Below the pieces are notes generated by a model. The model was given only the letters and a program-made list of their open reading frames with translations, was not told where the DNA came from and made no database searches. A program made the position numbers and the translations under genes. From NCBI GenBank assembly GCA_045864815.1, contig BTVG01000006.1, forward strand, positions 61,611-125,610: a stretch of DNA of 64,000 nt. The letters are read 5' to 3'. This stretch comes from Rhodanobacteraceae bacterium (GTDB lineage: Bacteria; Pseudomonadota; Gammaproteobacteria; Xanthomonadales; Rhodanobacteraceae). Positions 19,184 through 28,350 of this stretch are shown piece after piece. Positions within the stretch are counted from its first letter, which is position 1; every line of letters begins with the position of its first letter.

Positions 19184-21000
19184 GCACCCTTGGTCTGTGC
19201 GATCCACTCGTCGACCGCGCGCTCGAGCAGCACCATCGGCAGGGCGCCGGTCTTCAGCACGACGTTGTGGAACTGCCGGATGTCGAACTTGGCGCCGAGT
19301 TCCTTCTTCGCCTTCTCGCGCAGCTCGAGGATCTTGATCATGCCTACCTTGTAGCCCAGCGCCTGGCCCGGGGCGACGAAGTAACGCTCGATTTCCGCCA
19401 CGACGTCGGTCTCGACCATGCCGGTGTTGTCGAGCATGTACTGGATCGCCTGCTCGCGCGTCCATTTCTTGGAATGGATACCGGTGTCCACGACCAGACG
19501 TACCGCGCGCATCATTTCGTCACGCAGACGGCCGAGATTGTCGAGCGGATCCGTGTGAAAGCCGAGTTCGTAGGCCAGGCGCTCGGTGTACAGCGCCCAG
19601 CCCTCCGAGAACGCCGTGAACGGCAGGACGCGGCGGAAGAACGGAACCCCCTTGAGCTCCTGCTGGATGGCGATCTGGAAGTGGTGACCCGGGATCGCCT
19701 CGTGATAGGCCAGCGTGCGCATCGTGAACTTCGGCAACTCGGCCACATTGCGCAGATTGGCGTAGAACACGCCCGGACGCGAGCCGTCGAACGCGCCCGG
19801 CTGGTAGTACGCGCCGGGGGCGGTGGCCTGCGCGAATTCCGGCACCGCTTCTACCTTGACGCCGAGCTTCGGGCGGATGTCGAAAGCCGGACCCAGCTTG
19901 CCGTCGATGTCGTCGATGATGGACTGGAAGCGCGCGAGCAGTTCCTTCTTGCCCTCGGGCGTGTCCGGAAACAGCTGGTCCGGACGCTTGGTGATCTCGC
20001 GCACACGATCGCCGATGGTGCCGTCGACCAGCCCCTGGTCGCGCAGGATCGCATCCATTTCGGTGCTGATCCGCGCGACTTCGGAGAGGCCGATGTCGTG
20101 GATCTGGCCAGCGCTCATTTCCGTCGTCGTGTGATTGCGCACGCACCAGGCGTAGTAGGCGTCGCCGTTGGGCAGATGCCAGGCGCCGTAGTTGCCGTCG
20201 GCCTTTGCACGCAGCGCCTCCTGATAGGCGATGAGCTTCTGGTACGACGGATATACGCTGTCCTTGATCGCCTGTTCGACACGGGCCAGCAGGCCGTCGC
20301 GCGTGGCCTGGTCCATGTCGCCGGCCGGAATCTTGTCGAGCTTGTCCTTGAACGTGGTGTACAGCGTGTTTTCCTTCGGCGCGCTGCCGATGAAACCCTG
20401 CATCTGGGTGATGACCTTGTCCACCGTGAAGCGCGGCGGCCAGATACCCTTGCTTTCGTACAACTTCAGGTATTCGATGGTCTGGTCGAACTTGGCCGGG
20501 AACTTGCCCAGTCGCGTAATGTAGTCTTCGGCCTCGCCCTTGCTCGCGACCGGGTGCTGCTGCGCCATGAAATCCGGCAGGGCGCTCTGGATGCCGAACA
20601 TCTGGTTGACCGGGAATCCGTATCCCCGGAACTGATCGCCTTCGACCTGCAGGCGCAGGAAGTAGTCGAGGACGTCGTAGGACAGCTTGCCGTCCGCATC
20701 GAGCACGTTGCGGTCGTAGCTGTGCAACATGTCGTAGCTTTCCTTCAGGATCTGGAACTGACGCTCCTCCTCGGCCGGCGACGCATCGGCGAAATCGTCG
20801 CTGTAGAAATCCATCCACTGCGGCAGGATGCGCATGCTCGACAGCATTTCAGGATTGCTGACCGCGAACTTCGCGAACACGCGGGTATAGAACCAGTCAA
20901 GCTTGGCCGGCTTGAAATACCAGACATGCACAAACAGCAGGCCGATGGCAACGACGAGGATCAGCAGGAGGCTGACCAGCCACTTCAACAGACGTTTCAT
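19180..21000 (-). CDS. DUF885-family protein with N-terminal membrane anchor
   Basis: N-terminal TM; LAYHEAIPGHHFQ, AFSEGWALYTE, RAVRLVVDTGIH, PGQALGYKVG, FDIRQFH. Confidence 0.88.
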   Translation of the reverse strand: MKRLLKWLVSLLLILVVAIGLLFVHVWYFKPAKLDWFYTRVFAKFAVSNPEMLSSMRILPQWMDFYSDDFADASPAEEERQFQILKESYDMLHSYDRNVLDADGKLSYDVLDYFLRLQVEGDQFRGYGFPVNQMFGIQSALPDFMAQQHPVASKGEAEDYITRLGKFPAKFDQTIEYLKLYESKGIWPPRFTVDKVITQMQGFIGSAPKENTLYTTFKDKLDKIPAGDMDQATRDGLLARVEQAIKDSVYPSYQKLIAYQEALRAKADGNYGAWHLPNGDAYYAWCVRNHTTTEMSAGQIHDIGLSEVARISTEMDAILRDQGLVDGTIGDRVREITKRPDQLFPDTPEGKKELLARFQSIIDDIDGKLGPAFDIRPKLGVKVEAVPEFAQATAPGAYYQPGAFDGSRPGVFYANLRNVAELPKFTMRTLAYHEAIPGHHFQIAIQQELKGVPFFRRVLPFTAFSEGWALYTERLAYELGFHTDPLDNLGRLRDEMMRAVRLVVDTGIHSKKWTREQAIQYMLDNTGMVETDVVAEIERYFVAPGQALGYKVGMIKILELREKAKKELGAKFDIRQFHNVVLKTGALPMVLLERAVDEWIAQTKGA

Positions 21001-21156
21001 GAACTCCCCCGGCGACGGCGACTAGGCAATGGTCGCGAACTGTCGCACGTTGCCGCGGCGGCGTAGGTGCCGGAAGTCATGGCGCAGTGTCGACCGGCGT
21101 CCGCGGCACCGCGACCGGCCCGTATACTGGTGCCGCGGCCGCGCCAAGGAGAGCTC

Positions 21157-22008
21157 ATGAACTACCGGCATGCGTACCACGCGGGGAATTTTGCCGACGT
21201 GCTCAAGCACGCGGTGCTGGTGGGACTGATCGAGGCGTTGAAGCAGAAGCAGACGCCGTTCTGCTACATCGACACGCATGCGGGCCGGGGCCGTTACGAC
21301 CTCCACGGCGAGGAAGCGCTGAAGACCCGCGAATATGCCGACGGCGTGATGCGCCTGCTCGATGCGGCCCGGCTCCCTGCCGCGCTGCACGTCTACCTCA
21401 ACCTGGTACGCGCGCTCAATGGCAGCCGCCCCAGCCATGACATCGCGGTCTATCCGGGCTCTCCGCTGCTGGCGAGCCTGCTGCTGCGTGACGGCGATCG
21501 CGCCCAGCTCTGCGAACTGCAACCCGACGAGGCCGCCGCCCTGCGCGGCGTGTTTCGTGCCGATCCGCGCGTGGCGGTGCACGAGCGTGACGGATACGAA
21601 GCACTGAAGGCGCTGCTGCCGCCCAAGGAAAAGCGCGGACTCGTGCTGATAGACCCGCCGTTCGAGGCCCAGGAAGGGGAGTTCCGCCTGATCGAGGCCG
21701 CGCTGAAGCATGCGCGGACGCGCTGGCCGACAGGCATCTACGCGATCTGGTACCCGATCAAGCTGCGCCAGCAGATCACCGGCTTCCACCGCTGGCTGCG
21801 CAGCAGCGGATTCTCCAAAGTGCTGGTGGCCGAGCTGCTGGTCCATCCGGACAACTCGGCGCTGCGGCTGAACGGCACGGGCATGGCCATCGTCAACCCG
21901 CCGTGGAAGTTCGAGCGCCAGCTCGATGAACTGCTGCCCGTGCTTACCCAGCATCTCGCCCAGGGTCGTTTCGGCCAGCATCGGGTTGAGTGGCTCATCG
22001 AGGGTTGA
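21157..22008 (+). CDS. rlmJ: 23S rRNA m6A2030 methyltransferase RlmJ
   Basis: [39 protein letters not shown]; AGGAG upstream of ATG 21157. Confidence 0.95.
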   Translation: MNYRHAYHAGNFADVLKHAVLVGLIEALKQKQTPFCYIDTHAGRGRYDLHGEEALKTREYADGVMRLLDAARLPAALHVYLNLVRALNGSRPSHDIAVYPGSPLLASLLLRDGDRAQLCELQPDEAAALRGVFRADPRVAVHERDGYEALKALLPPKEKRGLVLIDPPFEAQEGEFRLIEAALKHARTRWPTGIYAIWYPIKLRQQITGFHRWLRSSGFSKVLVAELLVHPDNSALRLNGTGMAIVNPPWKFERQLDELLPVLTQHLAQGRFGQHRVEWLIEG

Positions 22009-22141
22009 GCCCGTCCGGCAGAGCGCGCGTATCCCCTTGCCACAGCGAGGAAAGAAGTCGCCCGCCGGCGCCCGCCCGGCAGCGCGACGCGCGCCCCGAC
22101 CAGGGCCGCCTATAATCGCCGCCCCCAGCCGAGGTTGTCCC

Positions 22142-23176
22142 ATGTCCAAGATGATGAAGGCCCTGGTCAAGCGCGAAGCCACCAAGGGCATCTGGATGGA
22201 AGAAGTGCCGATGCCCGAGATCGGCCCGAACGACGTGCTCGTCAAGCTCGAGAAGACCGCGATCTGCGGCACTGACCTGCACATCTACAAGTGGGACGAG
22301 TGGTCCCAGCGCACGATCAAGCCCGGACTCGTCATCGGCCACGAGTTCGTCGGTCGCATCGTCGACATGGGTGCGGGCGTGCGCGGCTATCACGTCGGGC
22401 AGCGCGTGTCGGCGGAAGGGCACATCGTCTGCGGCCACTGCCGCAACTGCCGCGCCGGCCGCCAGCACCTGTGCCCGAACACGATCGGCATCGGCGTCAA
22501 CCGCCACGGCGCGTTCGCGGAATTCATCGCGATGCCCGCATCGAACCTCTGGCCGATACCCGACCAGATCCCCTCCGAACTCGCCGCGTTCTTCGACCCC
22601 TACGGCAATGCCGCGCACTGCGCCCTCGAATTCGACCTGATCGGCGAAGACGTGCTGATCACCGGCGCGGGCCCCATCGGCATCATTGCCGCCGGCATCT
22701 GCAAGCACGTCGGTGCCCGCAACGTCGTCGTGACCGACGTCAACGACTACCGCCTGAAGCTGGCTGCGGAGATGGGCGCGACACGCGTCGTCAACGTGGC
22801 CAAACAGTCGGTCAGGGACGTGGTGAAAGAACTGCACATCGAAGGCTTCGACGTCGGCCTGGAAATGAGCGGCAACCAGCGCGCGTTCACGGACATGCTC
22901 GACTGCATGTACCACGGCGGCAAGATCGCCCTGCTCGGCATCCTGCCCAAGGGCGCCGGCATCGACTGGGACAAGGTCATCTTCAAGGGGCTGGTACTGC
23001 ACGGCATCTACGGACGCCGCATGTACGAGACCTGGTACAAGATGACGCAGATGGTGCTGACCGGCTTTCCGCTGGCCAAGGTGCTGACGCATCAGATTCA
23101 CATCGACGACTTCCAGCGCGGTTTCGACCTCATGGAAACCGGCAACTGCGGCAAGGTCGTCTGCAGCTGGAACTGA
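22142..23176 (+). CDS. tdh: L-threonine 3-dehydrogenase
   Basis: [22 protein letters not shown] zinc motifs, [20 protein letters not shown]; TATAAT at 22111. Confidence 0.95.
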   Translation: MSKMMKALVKREATKGIWMEEVPMPEIGPNDVLVKLEKTAICGTDLHIYKWDEWSQRTIKPGLVIGHEFVGRIVDMGAGVRGYHVGQRVSAEGHIVCGHCRNCRAGRQHLCPNTIGIGVNRHGAFAEFIAMPASNLWPIPDQIPSELAAFFDPYGNAAHCALEFDLIGEDVLITGAGPIGIIAAGICKHVGARNVVVTDVNDYRLKLAAEMGATRVVNVAKQSVRDVVKELHIEGFDVGLEMSGNQRAFTDMLDCMYHGGKIALLGILPKGAGIDWDKVIFKGLVLHGIYGRRMYETWYKMTQMVLTGFPLAKVLTHQIHIDDFQRGFDLMETGNCGKVVCSWN

Positions 23177-23204
23177 CGCCGTCGCCAGGCGGCGCCCGCT
23201 CCGT

Positions 23205-24650
23205 ATGACGCGTTCTCCGTTCCGCACGCCCCTGTGCGCATTGACGCTCGCGCTGGCCGGCGCGGGCGTCAATGCCGACGAATTCGAGAGCGAGCCAAGT
23301 CTCGACGCGGCGGCGATCGTGCAGCCGGCGCTGCTCTCGGCACCGAATGCGACGGTCGCACCGAAGGCCCTGGTGCACGGCTACATGGCGCGCTTCGAAC
23401 TGAACACCCCGTTCGGCCAGCTGCCCGCCGAAAGCGTCGAGCTGCTCGCGATCCGGCAGGCCGAGGTACCCGCGATCGAAACCCTGGAGCGGGCGAGCCG
23501 CCGCGGCGCATTCGCGCACGCACTCGGCGAGCGGTTCCGCAAGACCGGCAAGTCCGTGCTCCAGGTCGTGTCGCATCCGATCGATTCCCTGGCAGGACTT
23601 CCGTCCGGCGTAGCGCGCTATTTCCGCAAGCAGGTCGAGCGCTGGACGGGTCGCGCGCAGTCAGCCAGCGATCGCGCCGCGCGCGAATTCGGTGCGGATG
23701 GTGATCCGTTCCGCACGCCTCAGACCCCCATGAGTGCCGCGCGCGCACCGCTGCCGGGCAAACCCGCGACAGGGACCGAAAGACCCTGGTATGGCAGCCT
23801 CGGCAAGGAAATCGGCCGCGAAGCCAAGCGCCAGCTCAAGTACAACGCCATGCGACGCGAGATGGCCAGACACCTGGGCGTCGACCCTGACTCCAGCAAT
23901 CCGCTGCTGCGCGAACGGCTTGATACGCTGGCCTGGGCCGCGGTTGCCGGCGACTTCAGCGGGGCCGCCGCGCTCGACATGGTTGGCGGCGCCGCGGCCG
24001 AGGTGATGTCGGCAGGCGGCCGGCTCAATGCGCTGGTCTGGGAACTGGACGACGAAAACCTGCGCGAACGCAACCAGCGGCGGCTCGCCCACTGGTGCAG
24101 CGACGCATTCGCACTGCGCCAGTTCCTGCGCCGCGGGGGGTTCAGCGACAGTCTGCGTACCGCGCTGGCCGACGAGGTCGACGCGCTGCAGCCCACACGA
24201 GGCTGCAACGACTTGCTGGAGATCGGTGCCGGCACGCGTAGCGAACTGGAAGCGCGCTATCTCGTCAATGCGCTGCGGCTGCTGCGCAGTCATGGCGCGC
24301 GAAATGGCGAGCTGTTCGTTGTCGGCGCGGCGCTGGCCTGGCGCGGAGACGACGGCCGGCTGCTGCTGCCGCTGCCACTGGACTGGCTCAGCTGGACTGC
24401 CGACATGGGCGAATTCTTCGCCGCGCCGCAGTTCCGCGTCGAAGACAAGACGGCACTCATCGGCGGCACCGCCTCGACCGCCGCACAACGTGCACTCGCT
24501 GCGCGCGGATGGCACCTGAGCCTGCGCACGCCATTCGCGGGCGCGCCGGCCTACACCGACGATCTGTCGCAGGGGCTGCCGCAATCGGCCATCGAGGAGG
24601 CTCCGCAGCTGTGTGTCGGCGACATAGCCGAGACCGCCGCCTGCCTGTGA
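23205..24650 (+). CDS. Hypothetical exported protein (481 aa)
   Basis: Long ORF with signal peptide (ALTLALAGAGVNA) directly after tdh; no domain recognised. Confidence 0.7.
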   Translation: MTRSPFRTPLCALTLALAGAGVNADEFESEPSLDAAAIVQPALLSAPNATVAPKALVHGYMARFELNTPFGQLPAESVELLAIRQAEVPAIETLERASRRGAFAHALGERFRKTGKSVLQVVSHPIDSLAGLPSGVARYFRKQVERWTGRAQSASDRAAREFGADGDPFRTPQTPMSAARAPLPGKPATGTERPWYGSLGKEIGREAKRQLKYNAMRREMARHLGVDPDSSNPLLRERLDTLAWAAVAGDFSGAAALDMVGGAAAEVMSAGGRLNALVWELDDENLRERNQRRLAHWCSDAFALRQFLRRGGFSDSLRTALADEVDALQPTRGCNDLLEIGAGTRSELEARYLVNALRLLRSHGARNGELFVVGAALAWRGDDGRLLLPLPLDWLSWTADMGEFFAAPQFRVEDKTALIGGTASTAAQRALAARGWHLSLRTPFAGAPAYTDDLSQGLPQSAIEEAPQLCVGDIAETAACL

Positions 24651-24796
24651 GGCAGACGCCGCGCGTGAGCGCTGGCAAGCACGTCGGACTGTGACGCGAT
24701 CGACACCCCGACTGTGGCGGCGGCGAAACATCGTGTCGCCGCGCGTATCGATAATCCGCGAGCCGGTGGTGTCGCCGGCCTGCAGGAACGGATCGC

Positions 24797-25363
24797 ATGT
24801 ACGCGGCTGCACCACACCAGATCACTCATCTACTGCGCGCCTGGCAATCCGGCGACGGCGGTGCGCGCGAATCGCTGCTGACCCTGGTCTACGACCACGT
24901 GCGCGCCATCGCGGCAAGTTCGCTGCGCGGCGCCCCCGGCGCGACCCTGACGCCGACCGAAATCGCACACGAGGCGCTGCTGCGCATCCTCGGTGCCGAC
25001 GCTGACTGGGAAGACCGCCGCCACTTTTTCCATGTCATTGCCCAGGCCACGCGACAGATCCTCGTCGATGCGGCGCGCCGTCGTCAGACCGACAAGCGTG
25101 GCGGCGGGGTCGAACGTGTCGACATCGACGATGCCGCCGACCAGATCGCCGCGGTCGAGGCCGATTCACAACTGCTGCGCGTCGACGCGGCCCTGGCGGA
25201 ACTCGGGCGCACCGACCAGCGCCGTGCACGGACGGTCGAGCTCGTGTATTTCGGCGGCTTTTCGCGTGCCGAGATCGCCGCGACGCTTGCCGTATCCGAA
25301 GGCACCGTCGACCGTGATCTGCGCCTGGCCCGTGCCTGGCTCAAGGTCGCCATCGAGGCGTGA
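24797..25363 (+). CDS. ECF sigma factor, TIGR02999/ECF43-like (second paralogue, no adjacent kinase)
   Basis: ITHLLRAWQSGD, TLTPTEIAHE, RQILVDAARRR, KRGGG, ELVYFGG, TVDRDLRLARAWL. Confidence 0.88.
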   Translation: MYAAAPHQITHLLRAWQSGDGGARESLLTLVYDHVRAIAASSLRGAPGATLTPTEIAHEALLRILGADADWEDRRHFFHVIAQATRQILVDAARRRQTDKRGGGVERVDIDDAADQIAAVEADSQLLRVDAALAELGRTDQRRARTVELVYFGGFSRAEIAATLAVSEGTVDRDLRLARAWLKVAIEA

Positions 25364-25477
25364 CACGCGCCGTCGCGGCGCCGGACGATAGCCACGCGCG
25401 GCCGTGACGCGGGGCTTGAGGTTTCCCGCACGTCATTGCGTAACCACGGACGACCACCTTCGCCCCGGAGTAGCCCC

Positions 25478-26224
25478 ATGTCGATCCGCACCATTTCCCG
25501 CCCCTTCGCCGCACTCGCGGCAATGCTGCTGACCCTGCCGGTGTCTGCTGCGCGCCCGCTGCCCGGTGCCGGTGCGCCTGCGCCAGATCTCGTGCTGAAC
25601 TGGTTCGACGGCACACCGAACTTCAGTATTGCGACGAATCTCAACTGCATCACGCAGCAACCGGAAGTCACTGTGTCGGGCTACACCGGCTTCACCTACC
25701 TGCCGCCGAACCGGACGCATTCGGTCGGCGAAGTGTTCTACACCCACCTCGTGCTGGGCCACCCGGGCAATCCCTGCACAGGCAGCGCCGTCGGTATCGA
25801 GATCGCTCTGCCCGCGGGCGTGCAGTTTGCAACATCGGCGGCCAACCCGGCATTCTGTTTCGCCCGGAGCCCGCAGGGGCCTACGTTGTACAACCTCGGC
25901 GCCGATCCGGCATATGGCTGTCCACAGAGCTATCCGCTCAGCGCCAATGGCTTCCGCATCGCTGCCCCCAATGGCGGTATCGGCGCCGGCCTCTGGGGCA
26001 TGGCGCAGGGATTCTGGCTCGAACTGCTGATCCCGCTCAGAGCGACGACGGCACAGAGCGGCGCGAACCCTATCGTCTGGACCATCAACCCCGCGATCGG
26101 ACAATTCGGCCAGGTCGGCGTCGGTCCCCAGATCAACGGCGACGTGGTGTTCCGCACCTCGCTCGAAGACCAGTCACTGACCCTCACGCTCTGCACGCTG
26201 GCGCCGGTCGCCACCGGCTGCTGA
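25478..26224 (+). CDS. Secreted Cys-containing hypothetical protein with near-terminal VFRTSLE motif variant
   Basis: GGAG before ATG 25478; signal peptide; several Cys; ends DVVFRTSLEDQSLTLTLCTLAPVATGC. Confidence 0.7.
   Translation: MSIRTISRPFAALAAMLLTLPVSAARPLPGAGAPAPDLVLNWFDGTPNFSIATNLNCITQQPEVTVSGYTGFTYLPPNRTHSVGEVFYTHLVLGHPGNPCTGSAVGIEIALPAGVQFATSAANPAFCFARSPQGPTLYNLGADPAYGCPQSYPLSANGFRIAAPNGGIGAGLWGMAQGFWLELLIPLRATTAQSGANPIVWTINPAIGQFGQVGVGPQINGDVVFRTSLEDQSLTLTLCTLAPVATGC
26141..26170 (+). repeat. C-terminal motif copy 5 (variant followed by 17-aa tail): DVVFRTSLED
   Basis: Same D-x-hydrophobic-F-x-x-x-L-E spacing as the other copies. Confidence 0.5.
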
Positions 26225-26302
26225 GGTCATGCGGGTTCACCCTCACCAGCAGTCCCGATCTGCACGCCCAAATCTACGAAGGCTTATGTACGAACATCTT
26301 CG

Positions 26303-26331
26303 TTGACAAATGCGGGCACCGATCCTAGGCT
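26303..26331 (+). promoter_or_regulatory. Sigma70 promoter for 26371..26868
   Basis: TTGACA (26303-26308), 17-nt spacer, TAGGCT (26326-26331). Confidence 0.7.
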
Positions 26332-26370
26332 GCCCAGGCCGAAGCACTCGGCCTACGGGGAAATCTCGCC

Positions 26371-26868
26371 ATGTCGTACACACGCCTTGCAGCGCTGTTC
26401 GCGCTCGCCGCCCTGGCACTGTCGCCCGGGCTCGTTCCGGCCAAAGAGTCATCCCAGCCCATCGTCGACGCCGGGCGACAGGAAACCTTCGCGGACCAGG
26501 CCGCCGCGATACGCCAGCAAATGAAACCCGGCGGTCGCTTCGAATTCGTCACGGCGGAAGAACGCCGCGAGGTCGACCGGCAGCTCGACACCATCACGGC
26601 ACTGCTCGACAAGCGTGCCGGAGGCCGTCTCAGCGACAACGACCAGCTCGATCTGCTTGCCGCGCAGGAAAGCGCCAACGCCATCCTGACGCAGCGCGAC
26701 GGACGGCGGCTGATCTGCGAGTTTTCCGCGCCGACCGGCTCCAACCGCAAGGTCAAACAATGCGTGACGTATGCCGATCGCATGCGCGCGCACAAGGAAA
26801 CCCGCAACTATCTGCGGGAAACGATGGGCAAAAGTCCGTCCTCGGGCGAAAAGATCGACGGCCTGTGA
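26371..26868 (+). CDS. Hypothetical exported protein (165 aa)
   Basis: Signal peptide; helical middle; C-terminal Cys pair LICEF...KQCVT; good upstream promoter. Confidence 0.75.
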   Translation: MSYTRLAALFALAALALSPGLVPAKESSQPIVDAGRQETFADQAAAIRQQMKPGGRFEFVTAEERREVDRQLDTITALLDKRAGGRLSDNDQLDLLAAQESANAILTQRDGRRLICEFSAPTGSNRKVKQCVTYADRMRAHKETRNYLRETMGKSPSSGEKIDGL

Positions 26869-26920
26869 GCGATCCGGCGCAGCGCGACCAGGGACGGTCG
26901 CACCGCAGATGACGACGTGC

Positions 26921-26950
26921 TCAGTCGAGCCCGTCGCGGAACAGCAGGTC
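26921..26950 (-). repeat. C-terminal motif copy 6: DLLFRDGLD*
   Basis: Last 9 codons, immediately after the catalytic-Cys strand. Confidence 0.75.
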
Positions 26951-28081
26951 GGGCACGTGCATCACGATGCAATGGATCGCGCCCGACAGCCCGATGATCC
27001 CGCTGCAATCCACACCGACCACGCTGCGCTCCGGCAATGCTGCGCGGAACGTGTCGAGCGCCGCCGCATTCTGGGTGGCAAAGCCGTTGAACTGGCAAAC
27101 CAGCGCCACCTTGTTCAACAGCACGGCATTGGCGTAGGTGAAGTGCGTGCCGCCACTGCGCCAGGCCGGCGTGCGATAGACCGTATAGCCCCGCGCGGCG
27201 AGATCGGCCGCCGTGCTTTCCGTCACTGTATACGGCACGCCGTCGCCGCTCGCATGCTGGCTGATGAGCACCTTGTCGTCGGCCAGCGGCAGCATCCACA
27301 TGTCGATGTGCTGGGTGGAGTCGTAACTCGCCGGGAACGGATCCGTCAGGGTCAGGTTCAGTCCCTGGTAGTCGCGGTAGTAATCCTTGATCTGCTGTTC
27401 GCTGAGCCCGGGGTTCTCGTTCACGATGAGCCGCGTCATGAACGCGTCGCGGTTACGGAACAAATGGAAATTGCCACCGCCGTGCGTCAGCGGAATATCG
27501 TACTTGGTCTCGCCCGAATACGTTGCCCAGGTGGCCGGGAACGCGTCATCGCCGGGGCGCGGCCGGTTGTAGACATGATCGACCGCGCTGCGGTGACCGT
27601 TGTCCTCGATGAACCGAGGACCGTAGTCACGCATCCAGACGCTGCAGCCGCTGCTGCAGGGCTGGGTCACGAACTTCACCCGCGACAGATCGGCGCCGGC
27701 GCCGGCCAGGGTCGAGGCCGCACTGCTCTGCTGGCTGGCGCCGGTCACGACCACGTAGACAGATGCATCCGGATCGCCGGTCGTGATCGCGACCGTCATC
27801 TGCGTGATCAGCGCGTTCTGCGATCCCCAGCGCACGAGAATGCCGCTGTTCCCCTCGTATTCGGCCTGCGCACGCACGCGACCGGGCGGCGGTGCAAACG
27901 GGACTTGCAGCGCGTCAGGCAAGCGCCAGTGACGGCGCTCCTCGGCGCTGAGCCCGCGCGGCAGCGGATACGGATCGTCATCCTGGATCAGCGCGAGAAC
28001 TTCGGGGGGCACGGTGCGCGGCTCAGCCGCATGCACGCCCACAGCCGCCAGCAGTAACACCCCGAACGTCGTAACCCGCAT
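26921..28081 (-). CDS. Secreted agmatine/peptidylarginine deiminase-family enzyme
   Basis: Signal peptide MRVTTFGVLLLAAVGVHA; catalytic contexts WMRDYGP, HGGGNF, HIDMW, GAIHCI; ends DLLFRDGLD. Alternative ATG 28096. Confidence 0.85.
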   Translation of the reverse strand: MRVTTFGVLLLAAVGVHAAEPRTVPPEVLALIQDDDPYPLPRGLSAEERRHWRLPDALQVPFAPPPGRVRAQAEYEGNSGILVRWGSQNALITQMTVAITTGDPDASVYVVVTGASQQSSAASTLAGAGADLSRVKFVTQPCSSGCSVWMRDYGPRFIEDNGHRSAVDHVYNRPRPGDDAFPATWATYSGETKYDIPLTHGGGNFHLFRNRDAFMTRLIVNENPGLSEQQIKDYYRDYQGLNLTLTDPFPASYDSTQHIDMWMLPLADDKVLISQHASGDGVPYTVTESTAADLAARGYTVYRTPAWRSGGTHFTYANAVLLNKVALVCQFNGFATQNAAALDTFRAALPERSVVGVDCSGIIGLSGAIHCIVMHVPDLLFRDGLD

Positions 28082-28350
28082 TGCCGCCCCCGCCATGAAA
28101 GGTCTGATTCACATACGCGCAACGCGGCTTCCGTACCCGTCGCTGACGCCCGAAGCCGATCCGACGTCTGCCGGCGAGCATGCCGCCGACGCCCGGCGCT
28201 CCCCCATCCGAGGCCGTACGCCGCGGACACCGGCAAGTCCTGCGGCCGAAGCCAGTGATGCTAGCAAACACCGCGGCCGACGGCAGCGCATTTGGGTCAC
28301 ATCGCTGGATGTCGCACAATCGCGATCTTTCCGCCCGATCCGAGACCGCC

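Noticed and set aside
25438-25443. GCGTA(A/G) pentamers upstream of the 25478, 9203 and 59340 genes as further ECF -10 elements
   Set aside because: Five-base matches are expected by chance, and spacing to candidate -35 elements is inconsistent.
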